Part shown: positions 9,307 through 20,349 of the stretch, piece by piece
Layout of the letters: each line of letters begins with the position of its first letter
Position numbering within the stretch: the first letter of the stretch is position 1
Source: Mycobacteriales bacterium
Lineage (GTDB): Bacteria > Actinomycetota > Actinomycetes > Mycobacteriales > Pseudonocardiaceae
Length of the DNA: 64,000 bases
Direction of reading: 5' to 3'
Assembly: GCA_038254065.1 (NCBI GenBank)
Contig: JBBSGM010000001.1
Coordinates: 6,434-70,433 of the forward strand
The notes under the pieces: model-generated
What the model saw: the letters and a program-made list of their open reading frames with translations, nothing else
What the model was told of the DNA's origin: nothing
Databases searched by the model: none
Position numbers and translations under genes: made by a program

Positions 9307-10512
9307 GTGACCCAACGCGACTGGATCGAGAAGGACTTCTACCGTGAGCTGGGCGTCGCCTCCGGCGCGTCCGCGGACGACATCAAGAAGGCCTACCGGA
9401 AGCTCGCCCGCACGCTGCACCCGGACGCCAACCCGGGTGACGCCGGGGCCGAGGCACGGTTCAAGTCCGTGTCCGAGGCCTACGGTGTGCTGTCGGACGA
9501 GAAGAAGCGCCGCGAGTACGACGAGACCCGCGCGCTGTTCGCCGGCGGGTTCCCCGGTGGTTACGGTGCGGGTGGGGCATACCCCGGTGGTTTCGGCACC
9601 GGGGCGGGCGGGCCGAACGTCGACCTCGGAGATCTGTTCACCAGGTCCGGTGCCGGGGGACCCGGTGCCCCCGGCGCCGGTGGACTGGGTGATCTGTTCG
9701 GCGGGCTGTTCGGCAACCGGGCCGGCGGGCGCGCCGGTGCGGGCAACCGCCCGCAGCGCGGCGCCGACGTGGAGAGCGAGCTGCGCATCTCCTTCGACGA
9801 CGCGGTCCGCGGCGCCGAGGTGGCAATCCGGCTGACCTCGCCGGGCCGCTGCGAACGCTGCGGCGGCACCGGGGCTCGGCCGGGCAGTACCCCGCGCACG
9901 TGCCCGACCTGCAACGGGGTCGGGCTGGTCACCCGGAACCAGGGTGCGTTCGCGTTCTCCGAACCGTGCCAGGACTGCCGCGGCACCGGGCGCATCATCG
10001 ACGACCCGTGCCCGGAGTGCGGCGGCAACGGTGTCGCGTCCCGGACCCGGACGCTCACCGTCCGGGTGCCCGCAGGGGTCGACGACGGGCAGCGGATCCG
10101 GCTGGCCGGCCAGGGCGAGCCCGGACGCGGCGGGGCACCCGCGGGTGACCTGTACGTGAAGGTGCACGTCACCACCGACCGGGTCTTCGGCCGGTCGGCG
10201 CGCAACCCCGACGACCTCACACTGAAAGTCCCGGTGACGTTCGCCGAGCTCGCCCTCGGTGCCACCTTGACGGTACCGACGCTGGACGGGACGGTGTCGT
10301 TGAAGGTGCCTGCGGGCACGGGGAGCGGTCGCACGCTGCGGGTCAAAGGCCGCGGGGTGCAGCGCAGGAACGGCAAGACGGGAGACCTGCTCGTCACCGT
10401 CGAGGTCACGGTGCCGAAGAAGCTCGACGACGCGGCGACCGAGGCGTTGGCGGCCTATGTGGAGGCGACGAAGTCCTTCGACCCCCGAGCTGACCTGTTC
10501 GGCGGGAGGTGA
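9307..10512 (+). CDS. dnaJ: Co-chaperone DnaJ
   Basis: J domain with HPD (LHPDANPGD), a Gly-rich linker, and four CxxCxGxG motifs ([32 protein letters not shown]). Confidence 0.97.
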   Translation: MTQRDWIEKDFYRELGVASGASADDIKKAYRKLARTLHPDANPGDAGAEARFKSVSEAYGVLSDEKKRREYDETRALFAGGFPGGYGAGGAYPGGFGTGAGGPNVDLGDLFTRSGAGGPGAPGAGGLGDLFGGLFGNRAGGRAGAGNRPQRGADVESELRISFDDAVRGAEVAIRLTSPGRCERCGGTGARPGSTPRTCPTCNGVGLVTRNQGAFAFSEPCQDCRGTGRIIDDPCPECGGNGVASRTRTLTVRVPAGVDDGQRIRLAGQGEPGRGGAPAGDLYVKVHVTTDRVFGRSARNPDDLTLKVPVTFAELALGATLTVPTLDGTVSLKVPAGTGSGRTLRVKGRGVQRRNGKTGDLLVTVEVTVPKKLDDAATEALAAYVEATKSFDPRADLFGGR

Positions 10513-11000
10513 CCGGTGCGATGACCACGCGACCGTCCGAGGGCGGTGCCGGCGGGGCAGCCGGGGTGACCGATACCGCCGGGCCGCCAGGGGCCAACCC
10601 GGACAGCCCGGTGTTCGTGATCTCGGTGGCCGCCGCGCTGGCCGGGCTGCACGCCCAGACGCTGCGCAGCTACGACCGGCTCGGACTGGTCAGCCCCGGT
10701 CGGTCCGCCGGTGGGGGGCGTCGCTACTCGGCCAGGGACATCGGCCTGCTCCGGGAGGTACAGCGGCTGTCCCAGGTCGACGGCGTGAACCTGGCCGGGA
10801 TCAAGCGGATCATCGACCTCGAGCAGTTGGTCGACGAGCTCCGCGGGCGCCTCGACGAGCTGGTCGAGGAGCTGGCAGCGGCGCGGGCCGCTGCCGAACA
10901 GGCTGCGGCGGCGGTGCACCAGTCCTACCGACGTGACCTGGTCCCGGTCGACCGCCGCCAGGCCCTGGTGGTGTGGCGGCCGAGGCCGCGCCCCGAGTAG
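10509..11000 (+). CDS. hspR: Heat-shock repressor HspR (MerR family)
   Basis: MerR-type HTH ([27 protein letters not shown]...[16 protein letters not shown]). It is the last gene of the dnaK operon. GTG 10509 overlaps the dnaJ stop; ATG 10521 is an alternative start. Confidence 0.9.
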   Translation: MTGAMTTRPSEGGAGGAAGVTDTAGPPGANPDSPVFVISVAAALAGLHAQTLRSYDRLGLVSPGRSAGGGRRYSARDIGLLREVQRLSQVDGVNLAGIKRIIDLEQLVDELRGRLDELVEELAAARAAAEQAAAAVHQSYRRDLVPVDRRQALVVWRPRPRPE

Positions 11001-11008
11001 TGCCGCCG

Positions 11009-12181
11009 CTAGTCCATCGTGAACGGGTCGTACTTGATCCGGTCGAGCGGCGTGCCGGCAACGAGCATCCGCGACACCGTGGAGCGGATCATCGCCGGCG
11101 AACCGCATACGACGACATCGTGGTCGGTCCAGGCCCCGTAGCGGGTGACGACGTCGCCGAGGGTGCCGCGTTCGGCCCCGGACGTATCGTCGTCGGACTC
11201 GACCACCGGGATCACGTCGAGCCAGGGATTGCTGTAGGACAGCTTGCGCAGCGAGTCGAAATCGTAGAGGTCCGCCCAGCTGCGCCCCCCCACGAAGACC
11301 TGGGTGCGGGGCTGCTTCCGCTGCGTACTCAGGTCGATGAGCAGCGCCTTGATCGGGGCCATCCCGGTGCCGCCCGCGACCATGAGCAGGTCACGCCCGC
11401 TGTCCGCGTCGACGCTCATGCGGCCCAGCGGGGGACCGATCCGCCAGGTCTCGCCGACCTGGGTGTGCGCCACGATGGCCCGGCTCACCCAGCCACCCGG
11501 CACCGCACGGACCTGGAACTCGAGGATGCCGTCCGGCCGCGGGGGGTTGGCGGGCGACAGGTAGCGCCACAGCCGCGCCCGCTGCGGCGTCTCGACACTG
11601 AGGTACTGCCCGGCCCGGTAGGGGATGGGCTCGCTGGTCTGGACGGTGATCGTCGCCAGGTCCCAGCCGATCCGGTTGTGCTCGAGCACCCGACCCGGCC
11701 AGCAGGCCGGGCCCCGCTCGGCCTCGGCGGCGGTACTCATGGCCGCGGCGGCGATGCTGAATGCCTCGGTCCACGCCGACGCCATCTCGGACGTCCAGGC
11801 GTCGCCCGCGAAACTCTCGATGGCGGTGAGCAGCGCCCCACCGACGGCGTCGTAGTGTCGGGTGAGCACGCCGAACTTGCGGTGGTCGCGCCCGAGCTGG
11901 TGCAGGAAAGGCACGAGCTCCTCGGGCTGGTCGACCATCTGCACCACGTGCACGAGGGCCCGCAACAACCGGCTGCGCTGCACCTCCATGTTGACCGGGA
12001 ACAGGTCGCGGGTGTCGGGCGCGTAGTGGAACAGCATCGAGTAGAAGTGCTTGCCCAGCTCTTCGGCCTGCGGCTCGACCAGGGCCCAGCTCCGGCGAAT
12101 CGTCTCGACCATGCCGGACACCTGGCCCGAGGACGCGTCGGTGTCGGAGACATCGGCGGTGAGCAGCTGTTCGACGGTCAT
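11009..12181 (-). CDS. Globin-domain / FAD-NAD(P)-binding oxidoreductase fusion (flavohemoprotein-like)
   Basis: N-terminal globin-like region (ELGKHFYSMLFHYAPDTRDLFP...HQLGRDHRKFGV). C-terminal ferredoxin-reductase fold (LLMVAGGTGMAPIKAL). The start was moved to ATG 12181, which has a GAGGAGAG RBS; the listed start is 12313. Confidence 0.75.
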   Translation of the reverse strand: MTVEQLLTADVSDTDASSGQVSGMVETIRRSWALVEPQAEELGKHFYSMLFHYAPDTRDLFPVNMEVQRSRLLRALVHVVQMVDQPEELVPFLHQLGRDHRKFGVLTRHYDAVGGALLTAIESFAGDAWTSEMASAWTEAFSIAAAAMSTAAEAERGPACWPGRVLEHNRIGWDLATITVQTSEPIPYRAGQYLSVETPQRARLWRYLSPANPPRPDGILEFQVRAVPGGWVSRAIVAHTQVGETWRIGPPLGRMSVDADSGRDLLMVAGGTGMAPIKALLIDLSTQRKQPRTQVFVGGRSWADLYDFDSLRKLSYSNPWLDVIPVVESDDDTSGAERGTLGDVVTRYGAWTDHDVVVCGSPAMIRSTVSRMLVAGTPLDRIKYDPFTMD

Positions 12182-12405
12182 CGGTGGCCGACACTCTCCT
12201 CGGTAGCGCTCCGACGGTACGACGCAGGGGTGCGCAGGCCGCCCGGGTCCACGACCCGAGGCGCGCGCAGCGGTCGACCAGGCATCGCTCATCCGTTCGG
12301 GGACGGTGGTCACATGAGTGGTACCAGGGGGGGCACCGGTTCGTCAGCGTAGCGCTAGGCCCCCTCGGGTGTGACCCCACGGGTGGGTGATGGCACGGTG
12401 GGGCG

Positions 12406-13254
12406 GTGCTGCTTTCCGCCTCTGCCCGCACCCGGCCCGCGCCCGCCCGCCGACGCGGCATCTCGGTCCCCGCTCCCGGTGCCGGCTCGGCCCTGGCCGC
12501 GCCCGTCGAGCCTCCCGGACAGCTGGGTCCCGGCTCCGCCGGCGAGCGTCTCCTGCAGTGCGACTACGGCAGTCGGGACCGGGCCGACCGGTTCTACACC
12601 GAGCAGGTCCGCGACCTGCTGTTGCCGCGGATGGTGGACTTCGTCGGCCGGATGGACATGCTGTTCATCGCCACCTGCGACGCCCACGGCGAATGCGACT
12701 CGTCGCTGCGCGCCGGGCCGGGCGGCTTCATTCGCGTGCTGGACGACCGCACGCTGGCCTATCCGGAGTACCGCGGCAACGGGGTGCACGCGAGCCTGGG
12801 CAACATCAGCGAGAACGGCCACGTCGGCCTGCTGATGGTCGACTTCGTGGAGGATCTGATCGGCCTGCACGTCAACGGAACGGCCCGGATCGTGGACGAC
12901 GCGGCGTTCCGTGCGGCGTATCCGGGCGTGTGCGACGACCAGGTCAGGGGGCGGCGCGCCGAGCGCTGGGTCGTGGTCGGGGTGCAGGAGGCCTACATCC
13001 ACTGCCGCAAGCACATCCCGCGGATGCAGCGGGTGACCCAGCGCCGGGAGTGGGGGACCGACGACCCGGCCCGCAAGGGCGGCGACTACTTCCACGCGAA
13101 GGACATCCCCGTAGGGTCACCGGCCCTGGAGCGGCCGACCGGCGGGCGGCGCGGCGGATCGTTCCCGAGTACCACGCATCTGAGCGCCGGGGCCGCCCGG
13201 ACGCTGCGGCCGCGGTTGACGCCCGCGGGCCGGCCCCGGATCACCTTGCCTTGA
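12406..13254 (+). CDS. Pyridoxamine 5'-phosphate oxidase-like FMN-binding split-barrel protein
   Basis: Core region LFIATCDAHGECDSSLRAGPGGFIRVLDDRTLAYPEYRGNG...GLLMVDF. GTG 12406 is the only in-frame start near the domain, so the N-terminal boundary is uncertain. Confidence 0.65.
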   Translation: MLLSASARTRPAPARRRGISVPAPGAGSALAAPVEPPGQLGPGSAGERLLQCDYGSRDRADRFYTEQVRDLLLPRMVDFVGRMDMLFIATCDAHGECDSSLRAGPGGFIRVLDDRTLAYPEYRGNGVHASLGNISENGHVGLLMVDFVEDLIGLHVNGTARIVDDAAFRAAYPGVCDDQVRGRRAERWVVVGVQEAYIHCRKHIPRMQRVTQRREWGTDDPARKGGDYFHAKDIPVGSPALERPTGGRRGGSFPSTTHLSAGAARTLRPRLTPAGRPRITLP

Positions 13255-13270
13255 GCGGAACAGGCTCAAC
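13250..13270 (+). promoter_or_regulatory. HAIR-like HspR operator upstream of clpB
   Basis: CTTGAGC-GGAACAG-GCTCAAC lies 78 nt upstream of the clpB ATG. clpB belongs to the HspR regulon in Streptomyces and Mycobacterium. Confidence 0.65.
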
Positions 13271-13347
13271 TTTGCTGACGTTGAGTGGGGTGACGGGCAC
13301 CCGATCTGGTGGCCGGCGACGTTCAATGACTCAGGAGGAACGCGGGG

Positions 13348-15984
13348 ATGGACTCCTTCAACCCCACCACGAAGACCCAGCAGGCCCTCTCGGCTGCCGC
13401 GCAGGCCGCCACCCTGGCCGGCAACCCTGACATCGGGCCGACGCACCTGCTGGGCGCGTTGCTCGCCCAGGGTGACGGCATCGCCGCACCGCTGTTGGGC
13501 GCCGTGGGAGCCGACGCCGCGGCTGTCCGCGCCGAGCTGTCCCAGCTCGGTCACCGGCTGCCCTCGGCCGCCGGCTCCACGGTGAGCGCCCCGCAGCTGT
13601 CGAGGGACGCGCTGGCCGCCGTCACCGCCGCCCAGCAGCTCGCCACCGAGATGGGCGACGAGTACGTCTCCACCGAGCACCTGCTGGTGGGGCTGGCCAC
13701 GAAGGGCGGCCCGGTGGCCGGGCTGCTGCGCCGCCACGGTGCCACCCCCGACGCACTGCGCGAGGCGTTCGCGAAGGTTCGCGGCTCGGCCCGGGTGTCG
13801 AGCCCGGATCCGGAGGGCAGCTACCAGGCGCTGGAGAAGTACGGCGTCGATCTCACCGCACGAGCCCGAGCGGGCGAACTGGATCCGGTGATCGGGCGCG
13901 ACGCCGAGATCCGCCGGGTCGTGCAGGTGCTGTCCCGGCGTACCAAGAACAACCCGGTGCTGATCGGCGAGCCCGGTGTCGGCAAGACGGCGATCGTCGA
14001 GGGCCTGGCCCAGCGGGTGATCGCAGGCGACGTCCCGGAGTCGCTGCGCGGCAAGCGGGTGATCGCGCTCGACCTCGGGTCGATGGTTGCGGGCGCGAAG
14101 TACCGTGGTGAGTTCGAGGAGCGGCTCAAGGCCGTCCTCAAGGAGATCACCGACTCGGCCGGCGAGGTCATCACCTTCATCGACGAGTTGCACACGATCG
14201 TCGGCGCGGGCAACGCAGAGGGCGCGATGGACGCCGGTAACATGATCAAGCCGATGCTCGCCCGCGGCGAGCTGCGCCTCGTCGGTGCCACGACGCTCGA
14301 CGAGTACCGCCAGCGCATCGAGCGCGACGCCGCCCTGGAGCGCCGGTTCCAGCAGGTCTTCGTCGGTGAGCCGTCGGTGGAGGACACCGTGGGCATCCTG
14401 CGTGGGCTCAAGGAGCGTTACGAGGTGCACCACGGCGTCCGGATCACCGACGCCGCACTGGTCGCCGCCGCCGCGCTGTCCGACCGCTACATCACGGCCC
14501 GGTTCCTGCCGGACAAGGCCATCGACCTCGTCGACGAGGCGGCCTCCCGGCTCCGGATGGAGATCGACTCCCGGCCGGTCGAGATCGACACCGTCGAGCG
14601 CGCCGTACGGCGCCTCGAGATCGAGGAGATGGCGCTCGCGAAGGAGTCCGACGCTGCGTCGCTCGAGCGGCTGGCCGCGCTGCGCGCCGAGCTGGCCGAG
14701 CAGCGCGAGGCGTTGTCCGCGTTGACGGTCCGGTGGCAGAACGAGAAGGGCGCCATCGAGTCGGTGCGCGAGCTCAAGGAGCAGCTGGAGGCGTTGCGCG
14801 GGGAGTCGGAGCGCGCCGAGCGGGACGGCGACCTCGGGAGGGCCGCCGAGCTGCGCTACGGGAAGATCCCCGGGCTGGAGAAGCAGCTCGCCGAGGTCAT
14901 CGCGGTCACGGCGGCACCGGACGCCGACGTGATGCTCAAGGAGGAGGTCGGTCCCGACGACGTCGCCGACGTCGTGTCCGCCTGGACCGGCATCCCGGCC
15001 GGACGGCTGCTCGAGGGCGAGACCGCCAAGCTGCTGCGGATGGAGGGCGAGCTGGGTCGCCGGGTGGTCGGGCAGGACGAGGCCGTCCGTGCGGTCTCGG
15101 ATGCCGTCCGCCGGGCTCGGGCCGGCATCGCCGACGAGAACCGGCCCACCGGCTCCTTCCTGTTCCTCGGCCCCACCGGCGTCGGCAAGACCGAACTGGC
15201 CAAGGCGCTCGCCGAGTTTCTGTTCGACGACGAGCGGGCGATGGTCCGCATCGACATGAGCGAGTACTCCGAGAAGCACAGCGTGGCCCGGCTCGTCGGC
15301 GCGCCGCCCGGCTACGTCGGCTACGACCAGGGCGGCCAGCTCACCGAGGCCGTGCGGCGCCGCCCGTACACGGTGGTGCTGTTCGACGAGGTCGAGAAGG
15401 CCCACCCGGACGTGTTCGACACGCTGTTGCAGGTGCTCGACGACGGGCGGCTGACCGACGGGCAGGGCCGCACGGTCGACTTCCGCAACACGATCCTGGT
15501 GTTGACGTCGAACCTGGGGACCCAGGCCAGCGCCGATCCGTTGTTGGACGACGCCGGCCGCCGGGACGCGGTGATGTCCGTGGTGGTGCGGCACTTCAAG
15601 CCGGAGTTCCTCAACCGGCTCGACGACGTCGTGGTGTTCCACGCGCTGTCGACCGAGGAGCTCACGCACATCGTCGAGATCCAGCTGGGGGTGCTGGGGC
15701 GGCGGCTGGCGCGCCGGCGGCTCATCCTGGATGTGTCCGGCGCGGCACGGGAGTGGCTGGCGATGAACGGGTTCGACCCGGTGTACGGGGCGCGTCCGCT
15801 GCGCCGGCTCGTGCAGTCCTCGATCGGCGACCCGCTGGCCAAGGAGCTGCTGGCAGGCGCCGTTCGGGAGGGTGACACCGTGCGCGTCGACCTGGACCCG
15901 GTGGCGGGCGGCGGTACCGGCGGCCTGATCATCGGCAAGGCCCTTCCCGCCACCGCCGCCCCGCCCTCGACCCGCCTGTCCTAA
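13348..15984 (+). CDS. clpB: ATP-dependent disaggregase ClpB
   Basis: 878 aa with a Clp_N domain, two AAA+ modules ([16 protein letters not shown]) and a long coiled-coil middle domain. Confidence 0.98.
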   Translation: MDSFNPTTKTQQALSAAAQAATLAGNPDIGPTHLLGALLAQGDGIAAPLLGAVGADAAAVRAELSQLGHRLPSAAGSTVSAPQLSRDALAAVTAAQQLATEMGDEYVSTEHLLVGLATKGGPVAGLLRRHGATPDALREAFAKVRGSARVSSPDPEGSYQALEKYGVDLTARARAGELDPVIGRDAEIRRVVQVLSRRTKNNPVLIGEPGVGKTAIVEGLAQRVIAGDVPESLRGKRVIALDLGSMVAGAKYRGEFEERLKAVLKEITDSAGEVITFIDELHTIVGAGNAEGAMDAGNMIKPMLARGELRLVGATTLDEYRQRIERDAALERRFQQVFVGEPSVEDTVGILRGLKERYEVHHGVRITDAALVAAAALSDRYITARFLPDKAIDLVDEAASRLRMEIDSRPVEIDTVERAVRRLEIEEMALAKESDAASLERLAALRAELAEQREALSALTVRWQNEKGAIESVRELKEQLEALRGESERAERDGDLGRAAELRYGKIPGLEKQLAEVIAVTAAPDADVMLKEEVGPDDVADVVSAWTGIPAGRLLEGETAKLLRMEGELGRRVVGQDEAVRAVSDAVRRARAGIADENRPTGSFLFLGPTGVGKTELAKALAEFLFDDERAMVRIDMSEYSEKHSVARLVGAPPGYVGYDQGGQLTEAVRRRPYTVVLFDEVEKAHPDVFDTLLQVLDDGRLTDGQGRTVDFRNTILVLTSNLGTQASADPLLDDAGRRDAVMSVVVRHFKPEFLNRLDDVVVFHALSTEELTHIVEIQLGVLGRRLARRRLILDVSGAAREWLAMNGFDPVYGARPLRRLVQSSIGDPLAKELLAGAVREGDTVRVDLDPVAGGGTGGLIIGKALPATAAPPSTRLS

Positions 15985-15987
15985 CCT

Positions 15988-16139
15988 CCGCGAGTCGCGG
16001 TATCTGTGCGACCGAGTTGCGGTATCCGTGCGAACGAGGTGCCGCGGCTCGGTTGGCGACTCAAGCCCGGTCGTCGTTCGAGGCCGCACCGTATCGCACG
16101 GATTGCCCGACTCGTTCGCACGAAAAGCGCGACTCGCGG
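15988..16139. repeat. MITE/REP-like element, copy B (152 bp)
   Basis: The left arm CCGCGAGTCGCGGTATCTGTGCGACCGAGTTGCGGTATCCGTGCGA matches the reverse complement of the right arm (...ATCGCACGGATTGCCCGACTCGTTCGCACGAAAAGCGCGACTCGCGG). The first 12 nt are perfect and about 36 of 46 nt match overall. Confidence 0.65.
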
Positions 16140-16172
16140 GGTGGTGAGGGTGGTCGGGGCTAGGCTCCGCGC

Positions 16173-16832
16173 GTGGGTATCCCGTCGCTGGTATGGTTCG
16201 TCATCGCCGCGGTCGCGCTGTTGCTCGCCGCCGTCCTGCTGTGGGTGGACCGGGTGCGCGGAACCGGGGGTGGGCAGGACCGCAAGCGATGGGCCGCGCT
16301 GCGTGAATGGGAGTACGTGGACTGCGATCCGGTCCTGCCTGGCAGATGGGGCTACGGTGCCATCCTCCAGGAGGGGCCCGGTGTCGCCCGGCACCTGGCC
16401 AGCGGTCCGGTCCCCACGCCTGAGGGTCCGCGTCGCGCCTATGTGTTCGACCACGAGCAGGCCGGGCGGATCGACGCCGTGCTGGCCGCGGTCCAGGCGC
16501 AGGCTCCGCTGTATGCTGCGCTCGAGCTGCGGCTGCCGTCGGCTCCGTTGCCCGCGGCCTCTGGTCTCGACCTGCTCGAACCTCTTGGCAGCCGCTATGC
16601 GTTCGCCGCCGACGCCGAGGCCGTCAAGCCGTTGCTCACCGAGCGGCTGGCCGCCGCCAGTGATGCGATCGGCAACGACATCGAACTGCTCTGGGCCGAA
16701 GGCGACTGGGTGCTCGCCGCCGCCCCGGCCGACGCCACTCCCCAGCGGATGCAGGATCTGCTCGCCGACCTTGCCGAGGTCGCCACCGCCCTGGAGCAGG
16801 CCCAGGGCGCTCGGGACCCCCTGGGTGGCTGA
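16173..16832 (+). CDS. Hypothetical membrane-anchored protein
   Basis: GTG start and an N-terminal TM helix (LVWFVIAAVALLLAAVLLWV). No recognised catalytic motif. Confidence 0.5.
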   Translation: MGIPSLVWFVIAAVALLLAAVLLWVDRVRGTGGGQDRKRWAALREWEYVDCDPVLPGRWGYGAILQEGPGVARHLASGPVPTPEGPRRAYVFDHEQAGRIDAVLAAVQAQAPLYAALELRLPSAPLPAASGLDLLEPLGSRYAFAADAEAVKPLLTERLAAASDAIGNDIELLWAEGDWVLAAAPADATPQRMQDLLADLAEVATALEQAQGARDPLGG

Positions 16833-16951
16833 TGCCCTTCCCCGCCATAGGTGCGGGAGAGGACCGGTCGACGTGTTGCCCCGGGCGCTGCTGCGCCGGC
16901 CCGTCACCCGCTTCGACCGGGACGGGTATGGGGGGAGAACGGGAGGTGGGG

Positions 16952-17521
16952 ATGGGTTCACCGAATGGCGAGCGGGACCGGCTCGCCGTGCTGGTCCGCG
17001 AGCTGGGCGTGGTCCATGGGCGAGTCACGCTGTCATCGGGTGCACCGGCCGACTACTACGTCGACCTGCGTCGGATCACCTTGCAGCACGAGGCCGCACC
17101 CCTGATCGGGCGGCTGCTGCGGGTGCTCACGGCCGACTGGGTCTACGCCGCGGTCGGCGGGCTCACCCTCGGCGCGGACCCGGTGGCCGCCGCCGTGCTG
17201 CACGCCGCCGCCGCGGAGCACGCAGCAGACCCGGGCGTCGCGCCCGTCGACGCATTCGTCGTGCGCAAGTCCATCAAGCAGCATGGGATGCAGCGGTTGG
17301 TCGAGGGCCCGGACGTCGCCGGCCGACGGGTGCTCGTCGTGGATGACACCTCGACCACCGGCGGTTCGGTGCTCACCGCGGTACGCGCGGTCCGGGCTGC
17401 CGGGGCCGAAGTGGCGGGCGTCGCCACCGTCGTCGACCGCGACACCGGTGCCCGGGAGGCCGTCGAGGCCGAGGGCGCCGCCTACCGCGCACTGCTGGGC
17501 CTCCCCGACCTGGGCCGGTAG
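16952..17521 (+). CDS. pyrE: Orotate phosphoribosyltransferase
   Basis: PRPP-binding loop VLVVDDTSTTGGS. The start was moved to ATG 16952, preceded by GGGAGGTGGGG. Confidence 0.9.
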   Translation: MGSPNGERDRLAVLVRELGVVHGRVTLSSGAPADYYVDLRRITLQHEAAPLIGRLLRVLTADWVYAAVGGLTLGADPVAAAVLHAAAAEHAADPGVAPVDAFVVRKSIKQHGMQRLVEGPDVAGRRVLVVDDTSTTGGSVLTAVRAVRAAGAEVAGVATVVDRDTGAREAVEAEGAAYRALLGLPDLGR

Positions 17522-17578
17522 CGGCGCGCGCCGGACCCTTCCGACCCGGAGTCGCCTCGTGGACGGGATGATCGCGGC

Positions 17579-18259
17579 ATGGACGACGAGTGCCCCGGCT
17601 CCGGGATGGCGGGCCCCACCGAATGGCTGGTCCCGGGGCAGGTCGGGGTGGGCCCGTGGCCGGGTGGTCGGCCGGCGTGGCCGGTCGACCCGCGCTACGA
17701 CCCCGAGCTGCTCGAGCACGGTGACCGGCGCAACGTCGTCGACACCTACCGTTACTGGCGCCGCGACGCCGTGGCCGCCGACCTCGTCGCCCGTGCGCAT
17801 CCCTTCCACGTGGCGATCGAGAACTTCGGGCACGACCACAACATCGGCACCGTCGTCCGCACCGCCAACGCGTTCGCGGCGGCCGGCGTGCACATCGTCG
17901 GGCGGCGCCGCTGGAACCGGCGCGGCGCGATGGTCACCGACCGTTACCAGCAGCTGCACCATCACGCCGCAGCCGCGGAGCTGGCCGGGTACGCAGGGGC
18001 GCACGGGCTGACCCTGGTCGCCGTGGACAACACGCCGGGCGCCGTCCCGCTGGAGACCGCCGCGCTGCCCCGGGAGTGCATGCTCCTGTTCGGCCAGGAG
18101 GGCCCCGGACTGACCGACGAGGCCCGGACGACAGCGGATCTCATCGTGTCGATCGCCCAGTTCGGCTCCACCCGCTCGATCAACGCCGGGGTCGCCGCCG
18201 GGATCGCGATGCACGCGTGGATCCGCGCACATGCCGACCTGACGAGGGCCTGGACCTGA
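17579..18259 (+). CDS. TrmH/SpoU-family RNA 2'-O-methyltransferase
   Basis: SpoU motifs NIGTVVRTANAF, LLFGQEGPGL and STRSINAGVAAGIAM. Confidence 0.8.
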   Translation: MDDECPGSGMAGPTEWLVPGQVGVGPWPGGRPAWPVDPRYDPELLEHGDRRNVVDTYRYWRRDAVAADLVARAHPFHVAIENFGHDHNIGTVVRTANAFAAAGVHIVGRRRWNRRGAMVTDRYQQLHHHAAAAELAGYAGAHGLTLVAVDNTPGAVPLETAALPRECMLLFGQEGPGLTDEARTTADLIVSIAQFGSTRSINAGVAAGIAMHAWIRAHADLTRAWT

Positions 18260-18583
18260 TCTGCAAGCTGGTCATGTTCGGGCGCCCCCGGTACGCCGGC
18301 AACCGAGCCAGCACCGCGGACCGGCGCGAATCAGCCCGTCATCCGGTGCAGAACCAGCACGGCCTGTCCTCCCCCGGGACCTCGACCAGCCCGTCGTCGG
18401 GTACCACGAGCAACGCGGGGACCGGCGGTGCACCGGCCGGCGGTACAGCGCCTCGGCGCCGAGCGGATGGTGTCGCGCTGCCAGGCATCGTACTGGTCCA
18501 TCTGATGAGTGAACCGCTCCGGTGTTTCATGGGAGCGCACGCTAGAGCCTTGCCCCGACAGAACCGGCTGCGATGATCGTGCC

Positions 18584-19645
18584 ATGACACGCTGCTGGGC
18601 GGAGCGGGCGGCGAGCGCGGAGCGGGCCGTCACCGCACGGCACCTGCGCCGGCTCGCCGGCGTGCTGCCGGGTACCCGGATCGGCCGGATCCGCTGGCCC
18701 CGGCCGACCCCGGTGCGGCCCTGGCCCTGGCACTACTGGTGGCAGGCGCACCTGCTCGACTGCCTCGTCGACGCCCAGCTGCGCGATCCCGCGCGACACC
18801 GAGCGGCCGACATCGCCGCAGTGGTCCGAACCGTCTGGTTGCGCAACCTCGGGCGCTGGACCAACGACTACTACGACGACATCGCCTGGTTCGGCCTCGC
18901 CGTGCAGCGGGCCGCGGAGCTCGCGGATCGGCCCGGACCGCGAGCGCTGGCCGCGGTCGTCGAGCAGCTTCGGGCCGGAGTCACCCCCGACGGCGGCGGT
19001 GGGATCTGGTGGCGCCGCGGCGACGCGTTCAAGAACGCTCCGACCAACGGCCCGGCCGCGATCCTGCTGGCCCGAGACGGCAGGCTCGCGCCGGCCGGGT
19101 CGCTCACCGACTGGCTGGCCGACACCCTGCTGGATCCCGGCACCGGCCTGGTCCGGGACGGGGTGCGGCTTGCTCCGGACGGGTCGGTGCGCGACGTCGA
19201 GGCCACCGTCTACACCTACTGCCAGGGCGTCTACCTGGGGGCCTGCGTCGAGTTGGCCGAGCGCGACGGTGACCCGCGCTGGGCCGCGCGGGCCGCCGCG
19301 GTGCTCGACGCGGTGGCGACCCGGATGGCCGAGCCGGACGGTGTCATCCCGGGTGACGACGACGGCGGGGACGGCGGCCTGTTCAACGGGATACTGGCCC
19401 GCTACCTGGCCGACGCGGCACGGCGGCGTCCCGAGCTGGCGTTCACCGCGCGACGCCTGGTGCTGGCCAGCGCGGAAGCGGCGTGGGCAGGCCGGGCGGA
19501 GATCGACGGCGGCCCGGCCTTCGCGCAGGATTGGCGGCGGTCGGCCCGGCGGTCGGCGCCGGGAACCCCGGAGGCGGACCTGTCGGTGCAGCTGTCGGGA
19601 TGGATGCTGCTCGAGGCTGCCGCGGATCTGGAGCGCGCCGGATAA
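18584..19645 (+). CDS. Glycoside hydrolase family 76-like protein
   Basis: WWQAHLLD, NDYYDDIAWFGLA, NAPTNGPAAILLA and YCQGVYLGA resemble GH76 alpha-1,6-mannanases; this is a by-eye assignment. The start was set to ATG 18584. Confidence 0.55.
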   Translation: MTRCWAERAASAERAVTARHLRRLAGVLPGTRIGRIRWPRPTPVRPWPWHYWWQAHLLDCLVDAQLRDPARHRAADIAAVVRTVWLRNLGRWTNDYYDDIAWFGLAVQRAAELADRPGPRALAAVVEQLRAGVTPDGGGGIWWRRGDAFKNAPTNGPAAILLARDGRLAPAGSLTDWLADTLLDPGTGLVRDGVRLAPDGSVRDVEATVYTYCQGVYLGACVELAERDGDPRWAARAAAVLDAVATRMAEPDGVIPGDDDGGDGGLFNGILARYLADAARRRPELAFTARRLVLASAEAAWAGRAEIDGGPAFAQDWRRSARRSAPGTPEADLSVQLSGWMLLEAAADLERAG

Positions 19646-19656
19646 CGCCGACCTGC

Positions 19657-20322
19657 TCACCCGGTGGACGCGGGACGGCTCCGGGACCGGCGGGCCCGAA
19701 CCAGCTCGACGGCGATGGGCAGCACCGAGACGAGCACGATGAGAACCAGCATCAGCTCGATATGGTCCCGGACGAACGCGAACCGGCCCAGGAAGTAGCC
19801 GAGCACGGTCACCCCGACGGCCCAGACGACGCCGCCGACCAGCGAGTAGCTCAGGTAGCGGCGCGGCGGCATCCGTCCGACCCCCGCCAGCACGGTGATG
19901 AACGTACGGACGATCGGGACGAACCGGCCCAGCACGATGGCCCGGTTGCCGTACTTGTCGAAGAACTCCTGCGTCCGGGTCACGTGCGCAGGGGTGAACA
20001 GCCTCGAGCGCGGCTTGTCGAAGATCGCCGGCCCGGCCCGGCGGCCGATCAGGTAGCCCACCACGTTCCCGGCGAACGCCGCGGCCACCAGGATCAGGCA
20101 GGTCAGCCACAGCGGGGTACGGATGGCGCCCTGGGCGACGAACAGGCCCGCGGTGAACAGCAACGAGTCCCCGGGCATGAAGAAGCCGACCAGCAGCCCG
20201 CATTCGGCGAACACGATCGCCGCGAGACCGAGCAGCGCCCACGGGCCCAGCCAGCTGATGATGGTGCCCGGCTGGAGCCACTCCGGGCCGAGCGCGAGCG
20301 CCGTCGCGGCGAGGTGCGTCAC
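19657..20322 (-). CDS. DedA-family membrane protein
   Basis: DedA/SNARE-associated motifs (FAECGLLVGFFMPGDSLLF, GRFVPIVRTF) and multiple TM helices. Confidence 0.85.
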   Translation of the reverse strand: MTHLAATALALGPEWLQPGTIISWLGPWALLGLAAIVFAECGLLVGFFMPGDSLLFTAGLFVAQGAIRTPLWLTCLILVAAAFAGNVVGYLIGRRAGPAIFDKPRSRLFTPAHVTRTQEFFDKYGNRAIVLGRFVPIVRTFITVLAGVGRMPPRRYLSYSLVGGVVWAVGVTVLGYFLGRFAFVRDHIELMLVLIVLVSVLPIAVELVRARRSRSRPASTG

Positions 20323-20349
20323 GAGAACGACGGTACCGGGTCAGCGGGC

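Noticed and set aside
8521-10167. 548-aa minus-strand ORF
   Set aside because: It is antisense to grpE and dnaJ, with no motifs. It is a GC-driven open frame.
13117-16089. 990-aa ORF on the minus strand
   Set aside because: It runs antisense across the whole of clpB. The sequence is low-complexity and Arg/Gly/Pro/Ala-rich, as is typical of non-coding frames in >70% G+C DNA, whereas clpB on the other strand has unmistakable motifs.
18260-18583. Small overlapping minus-strand ORFs (83 and 100 aa) in the trmH/GH76 intergenic region
   Set aside because: They occupy two different frames, have no RBS or motifs, and one overlaps the GH76-like gene start. This could be a decayed gene, but nothing supports a call.
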